DNA of 64,000 bases from Minisyncoccota bacterium. Its GTDB lineage: Bacteria; Patescibacteriota; Minisyncoccia; Phycocordibacterales; DATDWN01. Below, one piece after another: positions 1 through 6,672 of this stretch (positions are counted from its first letter, which is position 1; every line of letters begins with the position of its first letter). Under the pieces are notes generated by a model that worked only from the letters and a program-made list of their open reading frames with translations, was not told where the DNA came from and made no database searches. Location: positions 10,540-74,539 of the forward strand of contig JBAZZC010000003.1 of NCBI GenBank assembly GCA_041658985.1, read 5' to 3'. The position numbers and the translations under genes are program-made.

Positions 1-71
1 GAGAAGTTGAATAGATTCTAGTTTTTAGTTGCTAGGTTTTAGAAAAAATTCTAGAAGCTAAAACCTATAAC

Positions 72-548
72 CTAGCCCCTATTTATTGCGAAATGGGTTA
101 GACCAATGGCAATGGCGTCAAATTCATCGTCACTTTTTGTTTTTGAGGTTATCACAATTAGTTTTCTGACCATATCTATAATTTGTCTTTTTTCACTTCG
201 GCCGTAACCAGTGATAGCAATTTTGACTTCGTTTGGTGTGTATTCAAAAACTTTTAAACCAAGAGAACTTCCTGTGTAGAGAATTACTCCACGGGCCTCT
301 GCCACAAGCATGGCTGTTTTCTGGTTTCCACTAAAAAACAATTTTTCTGTGGCCAGTGCAGTTGGTTTATGTTTTTTTATGACTTCTTTAATTCTATTTC
401 CAATCATAGCCAGTCTCTCGTTGTGTGGGAGTTTACTAGAAGTTTTGAAACATTCAGAAAAAACCAAAATTTCTTTTTGCTTAGCTTCTTTTTCTAGTAT
501 AGCTATTCCAAGTCTTTCGTATCCAGGGTCAATGGAGATAATAATCAT
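72..548 (-). CDS. ruvC: Crossover junction endodeoxyribonuclease RuvC
   Basis: 158 aa with an N-terminal MIIISIDPGYERLGIAI motif and conserved acidic residues typical of RuvC resolvase. Confidence 0.8.
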   Translation of the reverse strand: MIIISIDPGYERLGIAILEKEAKQKEILVFSECFKTSSKLPHNERLAMIGNRIKEVIKKHKPTALATEKLFFSGNQKTAMLVAEARGVILYTGSSLGLKVFEYTPNEVKIAITGYGRSEKRQIIDMVRKLIVITSKTKSDDEFDAIAIGLTHFAINRG

Positions 549-550
549 GA

Positions 551-593
551 TAATTTCTAATTAACCTAATTATTCTAATTTCTAAATAATAAC
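551..593. repeat. AT-rich inverted-repeat arm (left) flanking the four-helix-bundle gene cassette
   Basis: TAATTTCTAATTAACCTAATTATTCTAATTTCTAAATAA here; its reverse complement recurs at 961-1010, and related copies lie at 14488-14583 and 48603-48712. Confidence 0.6.
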
Positions 594-610
594 CAATAAT
601 TAATTAACAA

Positions 611-958
611 TTATTTTACTTTTTTAAATATACTATTAAAAATCAGATTTAATTCTTTTGCCTCAATCCACAACTTAATAGCTTTTTCTCTGCAATCTGG
701 AACGGCAACAGCCACCATTCGTAAGAAATGTTTCGTTTCCCTAGATTCTTTTTTACAGATTCCAATTTTATGTTTAAAGTCTTTACCACTTTCAGCATCA
801 TCCGCTTCACAGTAATTAGCTCCAACACTTGTGCCACATTTTACTAACTGATTTATTATCGGTTTAGTTATTTCATTTTTTATCAAACCAGAACAAAAGA
901 TAATAATATTTTCTCCAAATTTAGCAGTTCTTTCTTCAAGGTCGAATTTGTTATTCAT
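611..958 (-). CDS. four-helix-bundle protein (TIGR02436-like, 23S rRNA intervening-sequence protein family)
   Basis: 115 aa helical protein whose sequence resembles the four-helix-bundle family. It is bracketed by inverted repeats. Confidence 0.6.
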   Translation of the reverse strand: MNNKFDLEERTAKFGENIIIFCSGLIKNEITKPIINQLVKCGTSVGANYCEADDAESGKDFKHKIGICKKESRETKHFLRMVAVAVPDCREKAIKLWIEAKELNLIFNSIFKKVK

Positions 959-960
959 TG

Positions 961-1010
961 GGGTTTATTTAGAAATTAGGTCAATTAGAATAATTAGGTT
1001 AATTACCCCC
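961..1010. repeat. AT-rich inverted-repeat arm (right) of the four-helix-bundle cassette
   Basis: The reverse complement shares 23 identical bp (TAATTAACCTAATTATTCTAATT) plus TCTAAATAA with 551-593. Confidence 0.6.
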
Positions 1011-1015
1011 ATGCT

Positions 1016-1546
1016 TTACTCCGCATTTGTGTATACCTCCTGCACCTCATCGTTTTCCTCAAGTTCATCTATAAGTTCTCCTAATTTTTCTCCATCTTCA
1101 TCAGAAAGGGGAACTGTTGTTTGGGCTGTCCAACCGCTACCTGGAGTATGTGTGAAGGCCCATGTGGCAGAGCCGATACCAGCAAGTGGGTGGCCGTGTT
1201 TTGTCAGAATGGCTTTTATTTCTTGTGCAGCTTTGTTGTGATTGTCTGTCAAAACATCTATTATCATTGCGCATCCGCCCGGGCCATATGCCTCGTATAC
1301 AATTGACTCCATCGCGACCCCGCCCTCAGAGAACTTCTTGATTGCTCTTTCTATATTGTCTTTTGGTACATTTGCAGCACGAGCCTTTTCAATGGCGGAT
1401 TTTAATCCAGGAGAATTTATATTTCCCATGGCCTTTTTTGCCTCAACAGTAATAAGTTTAACCATCTTTCCGTAGATTTTGGATTTTTGGGCGTCAGTTT
1501 CTCCCTTTTGTCTTTTTATTTTTGACCATTTATTGTGTCCACTCAT
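1016..1546 (-). CDS. YebC/PmpR family DNA-binding regulator (shortened form)
   Basis: N-terminal MSGHNKWSKIKRQK and C-terminal DEVQEVYTNAE match YebC. At 176 aa it lacks part of the middle domain. Confidence 0.75.
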   Translation of the reverse strand: MSGHNKWSKIKRQKGETDAQKSKIYGKMVKLITVEAKKAMGNINSPGLKSAIEKARAANVPKDNIERAIKKFSEGGVAMESIVYEAYGPGGCAMIIDVLTDNHNKAAQEIKAILTKHGHPLAGIGSATWAFTHTPGSGWTAQTTVPLSDEDGEKLGELIDELEENDEVQEVYTNAE

Positions 1547-1554
1547 ATTGGTTT

Positions 1555-2607
1555 TTATAGTAAAGTGCCTCTATTTGGTGGTGTAAGTCCCAAGTGCTCA
1601 TAACCAGATACTGCTACCGTTCGTCCTCGCGGTGTTCTTTCAAGGAAGCCGAGTTGTATTAAATATGGCTCGTTGAATTCCTCAATTGTTGCTTGCTCTT
1701 CCGACATGGCGGCGGCCAAAGTATTGAGCCCAACTGGCCCACCGGCAAATTTATTTATTATGGTGTGTAAAATATCTCTGTCGGCGGGAGAGAGCCCAAC
1801 TTCATCAATACCGAGAAGTTTCAAAGTTTCGTCAACAGATTTTTTTGTTAGTTTTGTCTTGTGGACTTGGGCAAAGTCTCGACAGCGTTTCAAAAAGTAA
1901 TTGGCTGTTCTTGGGGTGTATCTACTTCTTTTGGCAATTTCAATCCCAGCTTCTTTTTCCAAGTCAATACCTAAAATTTTTGCCGACCTTACTAAGATTT
2001 TTTGAATCTCTTCATTTGTGTAGAATTCTAGTTTAAATATTCCTCCGGAGAAGCGTGAGCGGAGAGGGGAGGAAATCATGGCAATTCTTGTTGTTGCGCC
2101 GATTAAAGTAAATGGTGGGAGTTCTAGCTGTATAGTACGAGCTGAAGGCCCTTTGCCAATAATAATGTCTAGTGACCCTGATTCCATAGCGGGGTAAAGG
2201 ATTTCCTCAATAGTTTTGTTTAGTCGGTGTATTTCATCTATAAACAAAATATCTCCTGGCGAGAGGTTGGTCAGTATTGAAGCAAGGTCCCCGATTTTTT
2301 CTATAGCTGGACCGGAAGTCACTTTCATCTGAGCGTTTATTTCTTTTGAAACAAGGTGGGCGAGGGTTGTCTTGCCTAATCCCGGTGGACCGTAAAAAAG
2401 AATGTGTTCTGGTGGGTGGTTTCTCTCTTTAGCTGCGGTAAGTAGGATATGGAGGTTGTTTTTTATGCTTGTTTGACCAACATAATCGTCCCATTTTGAT
2501 GGACGAAGGGTTGTATCAAGAAAAAGATTTTCTTTGTCTCCAATAATATCCAAATTCTCACCTTTTTTGGCCTTGTTTTTTGGTGTTGTTTTCTTGTTGC
2601 CAAGCAT
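1555..2607 (-). CDS. ruvB: Holliday junction branch migration ATPase RuvB
   Basis: Walker A motif GPPGLGKTTLA plus an AAA+ module and the RuvB C-terminal winged helix. The length (350 aa) fits RuvB. Confidence 0.9.
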   Translation of the reverse strand: MLGNKKTTPKNKAKKGENLDIIGDKENLFLDTTLRPSKWDDYVGQTSIKNNLHILLTAAKERNHPPEHILFYGPPGLGKTTLAHLVSKEINAQMKVTSGPAIEKIGDLASILTNLSPGDILFIDEIHRLNKTIEEILYPAMESGSLDIIIGKGPSARTIQLELPPFTLIGATTRIAMISSPLRSRFSGGIFKLEFYTNEEIQKILVRSAKILGIDLEKEAGIEIAKRSRYTPRTANYFLKRCRDFAQVHKTKLTKKSVDETLKLLGIDEVGLSPADRDILHTIINKFAGGPVGLNTLAAAMSEEQATIEEFNEPYLIQLGFLERTPRGRTVAVSGYEHLGLTPPNRGTLL

Positions 2608-2698
2608 ATACCTATATTATATACTATTGTCTACCTCCGCCAGCACCAAAATTGAGTCTTGACACGAAAAGTTTTTTATGCTAGACTGTCCGTGACAT

Positions 2699-2834
2699 AT
2701 CCGCACACCAACTTTAGTATTGTGTCTTATCGTTGCGGGTATGGTAATTATACTATGTAGTGGTGGGGATAAAAACACTGAGAAGTATACTTATATTAGA
2801 CACGGAGCAACGATACTAAAGTTGGTGTGCGGAT
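2699..2834 (+). repeat. R135 inverted-repeat element, copy A
   Basis: Termini are ATCCGCACACCAACTTTAGTAT ... ATACTAAAGTTGGTGTGCGGAT. Inner modules TGTGTCTTA and CGTTGC are permuted between the arms. Confidence 0.8.
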
Positions 2835-3147
2835 GAATTTGAAAAAAAAGATTACATTAAAAGGTTTTGAGGTTTTTTGGTTCCAAAATATAAATCTCTA
2901 AGCAACTAAGCGTTTACGTTTACGAGTCTTTCTACGAGGACATTCTGGGTATTACTTTATGTAATATTCTGGAATTATCCTTTGTGAAAAACTTAGCTTT
3001 TGGTTTGATTATTGAAAGTGTTGCTTAGAGATTTATGTCTTGGAACTATCGTCCCGCCGACTGGCGGCTTTTTTGTTCCCAAAGATTATCTCTATTTACT
3101 AGTATAGATATGAAACAATTTTCTGCAAGAGTTTTTAGTATTAGAGC

Positions 3148-4824
3148 CTATTCGGTTTCAATGTCAACCACTCTTTGCAATTCTTCCAAAGTAGTTATCC
3201 CTTGCAAAACTTTTAATATACCGTCTTGTCTTAAGTTCAAAATGTTTTGGGGTTTGGCGGCTTTTTCTATTTCTCTTTCACTTGGGTTATCCTTAACTAC
3301 ATTTTCAATATTTTCGTCCATGGTGATGGCCTCGTAGATTCCTATTCTACTTTTGTATCCAAGCATATTACATTTGTCACATCCGACTGCTTGCCAGATA
3401 TGTGTTTGGTCAATTCCATCTAAGTATGTTTTGTCAGTTATCGTATCTAAAATCTTATCTATGGTTACTTTACTCTCTCCATTAAGTGAAATCTGTTTTT
3501 TACATTCTGGGCAAAGTACTCTGACCAACCGCTGGGCTATTGCAAGATTTAAGGCAGAAGAAATAATTTTTGGATTAACTCCGAGGTCAATTAGGCGAGG
3601 GAATGTTCCTGCTGCCGTGTTGGTGTGAAGGGTAGAGAAGACAAGGTGACCCGTCAGGGCCGAGTTGATGGCAATCTCTGCTGTTTCTCCGTCTCTAATC
3701 TCACCAACCATAATAATATCGGGGTCCTGGCGAAGGGCACTTCGCAGACCTTCAGCAAATCCGTAATTCTTTTTTTCGTCTGTTTGGGTTTGAACTATTC
3801 CTGGCAGATGATACTCAATCGGATTTTCTATGGTGATTATTTTTATTTCTGGAGTGTGAACTTTTCTTAGAAATGCGTACAGTGCGGTAGTTTTACCAGA
3901 GCCGGTTGGACCAGTATTCAAAATCATGCCGTTTGGCTTACTCATCTCATGGAGAATAATTTTTAACAGACGTGGATGAATTCCTAAACTCTCAAGCGGG
4001 ACAGAAATAGAATTTGGATTAAGAACTCGAAGCACCACTGATTCGCTGTATGCTCCTGGCAGAAGGGAGGTTCTGATTTCAATTTCACCTTCGTTTATTT
4101 TTATACTAAAACGACCGTCCTGTGCGCCATAAACATTTAATTTTAAGTTAGAAATTAGTTTGATACGGGAGAGGAGTAATTTATATGTTTCTAAATCAAA
4201 ACGTAAAATATCAGTGAGCATACCGTCGAGTCTGTATCTTAACCTGACATAGTCTTCCTCTGCTTCTAGGTGGACATCAGAGGCGTTGGTAGCGATTGCT
4301 CCGGCTAAAATGATTTCCATTATTCTGGAGATACGGTAACTTTTTTTCATTTGCAAAACTTCCTCAATCAGACTTTGAACATCGGGTATAGTGTGAACTT
4401 TGGCTAAAAAGTCTGTGATTTGTTCGTTGGAAATATCCAAAGCCCCTGACTTTGTTTCAAATGAATATGATAAATCTTTATATCTGTCCCAGACTTTATT
4501 CAAACTGGCGTGGGAAACCATAAAAAGTTCTATGGTGTAACCTTTGGCTTTCAAGGCATTTAAGGCTTCTACTGTTTTAGGGTTTTCGGGAGATAGAGCT
4601 CCAATACTTAGAACTTTATCAACTTCATTGAACACGGCGATTTGGGCTTCGCGTGTTTCCACCTCCCCGATAACCCGAAGGGCGTCTATGTTTATTGGGG
4701 TAATAGTTAAATCAAGATAAGAGACCCCGTACTTTGACGACAGTATTTGAGCAAGCTCTTCTTCCTCTTGTCTGCGGAGGTCGTCCACTCGTTTATTTTG
4801 TTTGTCTTCATCAAAGATAACCAT
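3148..4824 (-). CDS. pilB: Type IV pilus assembly / type II secretion ATPase (PilB/GspE family)
   Basis: Walker A motif GPTGSGKTT, a GspE N-terminal domain and a C-terminal CxxC zinc motif; 558 aa. Confidence 0.85.
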   Translation of the reverse strand: MVIFDEDKQNKRVDDLRRQEEEELAQILSSKYGVSYLDLTITPINIDALRVIGEVETREAQIAVFNEVDKVLSIGALSPENPKTVEALNALKAKGYTIELFMVSHASLNKVWDRYKDLSYSFETKSGALDISNEQITDFLAKVHTIPDVQSLIEEVLQMKKSYRISRIMEIILAGAIATNASDVHLEAEEDYVRLRYRLDGMLTDILRFDLETYKLLLSRIKLISNLKLNVYGAQDGRFSIKINEGEIEIRTSLLPGAYSESVVLRVLNPNSISVPLESLGIHPRLLKIILHEMSKPNGMILNTGPTGSGKTTALYAFLRKVHTPEIKIITIENPIEYHLPGIVQTQTDEKKNYGFAEGLRSALRQDPDIIMVGEIRDGETAEIAINSALTGHLVFSTLHTNTAAGTFPRLIDLGVNPKIISSALNLAIAQRLVRVLCPECKKQISLNGESKVTIDKILDTITDKTYLDGIDQTHIWQAVGCDKCNMLGYKSRIGIYEAITMDENIENVVKDNPSEREIEKAAKPQNILNLRQDGILKVLQGITTLEELQRVVDIETE

Positions 4825-4861
4825 GTAAATATAATAACATTTCTTTTCAAGACACGCACAA

Positions 4862-4992
4862 AATCAAGAGTTTCTTTTTCATTGTATCTCTCAGAGAGAC
4901 ACGCATAAATTTCTGCTGAAATTTTGCTTGAGTTCGGCTCGACAGCCTCACTAGTCTCTCTTCAAGACACAACTCAACAAAACTCTTGATTT
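4862..4992 (+). promoter_or_regulatory. Conserved promoter/operator module, copy 1: TTGTAT-17-ATAAAT with a TCTCTCAGAGAGA palindrome in the spacer and a distal GTCTCTC
   Basis: About 85% identical to the reverse complement of 60462-60580, which lies upstream of recA. The -35 is at 4882-4887 and the -10 at 4905-4910. Short flanking inverted repeat AAATCAAGAGTTT / AAACTCTTGATTT. Confidence 0.55.
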
Positions 4993-5010
4993 TTAGCACC
5001 ATTAACTTAT

Positions 5011-5039
5011 TTGACAGAAGTGATAAAAGGGTGTATAAT
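5011..5039 (+). promoter_or_regulatory. Consensus sigma70 promoter (TTGACA-17-TGnTATAAT) for the GC-rich lipoprotein gene
   Basis: TTGACA at 5011-5016, a 17-nt spacer, and an extended -10 (TGTATAAT) at 5032-5039. A GGAGG Shine-Dalgarno lies at 5055-5059. Confidence 0.6.
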
Positions 5040-5069
5040 GTGGGATAGAGGCATGGAGGTGCCTGCGGT

Positions 5070-5729
5070 ATGAAAACATTGAGATTGCTCATGGTGTTAG
5101 CGGTCGTCGTTTCGGTGGCGGCCTGCGCCGGCAAGGTGGCTCCGGCCACCATTCCGCTCAGTGAGCGGATCGCCGAACTCAAGGCCCAGGAGGCCGAGAG
5201 GTTGGCGAACGAGACCCCCGAGGACCGGGCCATCAGGGCTCGCGCCGAGGAAATCGAGCGCGAGATGGCGACGAAGAAGGCCCGCGAGGAGGCCAAGAGG
5301 AGTGGCTCGCCGGCCATGCGCAAGGCCATTAAGGAGTTTGAGAAGGCCAAGAAGGCCATCACGAACTCCGGCCTTCAGGGGTGCGACCCGAGTACGGTCG
5401 ACGTCCACCCGGATGTGGCGCCGCGTCGGAACGCTAGTTCAACCGTGAAGGTTCAGGCGTTCAATCAGGGGCAGGTCCCCGTTGATATCTATGAGCCAAA
5501 ACACGGGCTAGTCGTTCGCAACCTGTGCCCCGGAGGGTCACTGACCCTCTTCCGGGCACGTCGGCTCGGGATTGACCCGGACTACATCCAGTTTCGGTAT
5601 GTCGCCAAGGCGATATTGTCGGACGGGCGGATGCTGACGGCTGAGTCACAGCAATACCAACTATCCAAGTACGACTGGTCGTCCGGTCGAGGGCGACAGG
5701 AGTACGACTGGTACATCGAGGTTCGATGA
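5070..5729 (+). CDS. Hypothetical secreted lipoprotein, GC-rich (about 62% GC), probably horizontally acquired
   Basis: Signal peptide with a lipobox (LAVVVSVAACAG). A strong promoter and Shine-Dalgarno precede it. The high GC makes the overlapping antisense ORFs artefacts. Confidence 0.6.
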   Translation: MKTLRLLMVLAVVVSVAACAGKVAPATIPLSERIAELKAQEAERLANETPEDRAIRARAEEIEREMATKKAREEAKRSGSPAMRKAIKEFEKAKKAITNSGLQGCDPSTVDVHPDVAPRRNASSTVKVQAFNQGQVPVDIYEPKHGLVVRNLCPGGSLTLFRARRLGIDPDYIQFRYVAKAILSDGRMLTAESQQYQLSKYDWSSGRGRQEYDWYIEVR

Positions 5730-5767
5730 GGTAGTCCACGCAACGTGCTGGCACCTCTGCACAACTG

Positions 5768-5810
5768 CCGGGAGGAGGGGTTCACACCCATCCTCCCAGG
5801 CGGTTTTTTC
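5768..5810 (+). terminator. GC-rich hairpin plus T-run terminator after the lipoprotein gene
   Basis: GGGAGGAGGGG ttcaca CCCATCCTCCC followed by GGCGGTTTTTTC. Confidence 0.55.
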
Positions 5811-5925
5811 ATCCAGGCACCAACTAAACGAGTTGAGCTCGTTTTTTCAATTTTTATTTTTGTTATTCGATGAACAGAATTGGCTAGAAGTAATACCGTG
5901 ATCTCGTTTAGTTGGTGCCTGGATG
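5810..5925 (+). repeat. Divergent R135-family element with perfect 25-bp terminal inverted repeats and an internal terminator-like hairpin
   Basis: CATCCAGGCACCAACTAAACGAGAT and its exact reverse complement ATCTCGTTTAGTTGGTGCCTGGATG. The interior has AACGAG-ttgag-CTCGTT followed by TTTTTT. The arm consensus resembles copy A (ATCC..CAC.CAACT). Confidence 0.6.
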
Positions 5926-5932
5926 AATATAA

Positions 5933-6066
5933 ATCCGCACACTAATTTTGCCATCGTTCTATTTTTTAAAACAAAACCAATACCATTTTTATTTTCTTAC
6001 TCAACTTCACACAAGTTAATATATTTGATTTAGAACTAAAAATAATGGCAAATTTAGTGTGCGGAT
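5933..6066 (+). repeat. R135 inverted-repeat element, copy B
   Basis: ATCCGCACACTAATTTTGCCAT ... ATGGCAAATTTAGTGTGCGGAT. It ends 22 nt before the tsaE start codon. Confidence 0.8.
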
Positions 6067-6088
6067 AAAATTATGCTAATATGTCTTT

Positions 6089-6523
6089 ATGAAATTTGTT
6101 TCAGAAAATTTAGAACAAACCCAAAAAATCGCAAATGATTTTGTCTCTACACTTTTATCAAATCCTGATAGGGCGACGGTTGTTGGTTTATACGGAAATC
6201 TTGGTGCAGGAAAAACCACATTTACTCAGTGTATAGCCAAAGCTTTTGGTGTGATTGATACAGTAACAAGTCCGACTTTTGTCCTGGAAAAGATTTATGA
6301 ACTAACCGACCAAAAGTTTACCCACTTAATTCATATAGATGCATATAGAATAGAAAAATCCAGTGAGCTTTTACATCTTGGTTGGAATGACTTAATTTCT
6401 GACCCAAACAACATAGTTCTTATTGAATGGCCAGAGAGGGTAGCGGACATTATGCCAGAGCATATAAAAATAAATCTTAGTCATATAACAGAAAATAGTC
6501 GGGAAATTGAGATTTTGGAATAA
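6089..6523 (+). CDS. tsaE: tRNA threonylcarbamoyladenosine biosynthesis protein TsaE
   Basis: P-loop motif YGNLGAGKTTF; the ~140 aa YjeE-family length fits TsaE. Confidence 0.8.
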   Translation: MKFVSENLEQTQKIANDFVSTLLSNPDRATVVGLYGNLGAGKTTFTQCIAKAFGVIDTVTSPTFVLEKIYELTDQKFTHLIHIDAYRIEKSSELLHLGWNDLISDPNNIVLIEWPERVADIMPEHIKINLSHITENSREIEILE

Positions 6524-6531
6524 TGGTATAA
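6522..6531 (+). promoter_or_regulatory. Extended -10 element (TGGTATAAT) placing a transcription start at the first nucleotides of R135 copy C
   Basis: TG at 6524-6525 and TATAAT at 6527-6532, about 7 nt upstream of the element start at 6535. Confidence 0.35.
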
Positions 6532-6534
6532 TTC

Positions 6535-6669
6535 ATCCGCACACTAAATTTGGCATTATCTCATAGTTGCTATACATGTGGTTATGTCAAATTTAATAAT
6601 CATGTTTAAATATAAGTATGCATCTAGAATTTGAGATAATAGCAACGATGCCAAAATTAGTGTGCGGAT
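6535..6669 (+). repeat. R135 inverted-repeat element, copy C
   Basis: ATCCGCACACTAAATTTGGCAT ... ATGCCAAAATTAGTGTGCGGAT. It ends 3 nt before the polA ATG. Confidence 0.8.
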
Positions 6670-6672
6670 AAA

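Noticed and set aside
1-71. Inverted repeat CTAGGTTTTAG...CTAAAACCTA downstream of ruvC as a terminator.
   Set aside because: The loop is large and there is no clear T-run on the transcribed strand. The window edge truncates the context.
5097-5812. Overlapping antisense and alternative-frame ORFs inside the GC-rich lipoprotein gene (5097-5408 -, 5161-5448 +, 5461-5754 -, 5582-5812 -).
   Set aside because: These are typical long spurious ORFs in high-GC DNA. Only 5070-5729 has a promoter, a Shine-Dalgarno and a signal peptide.
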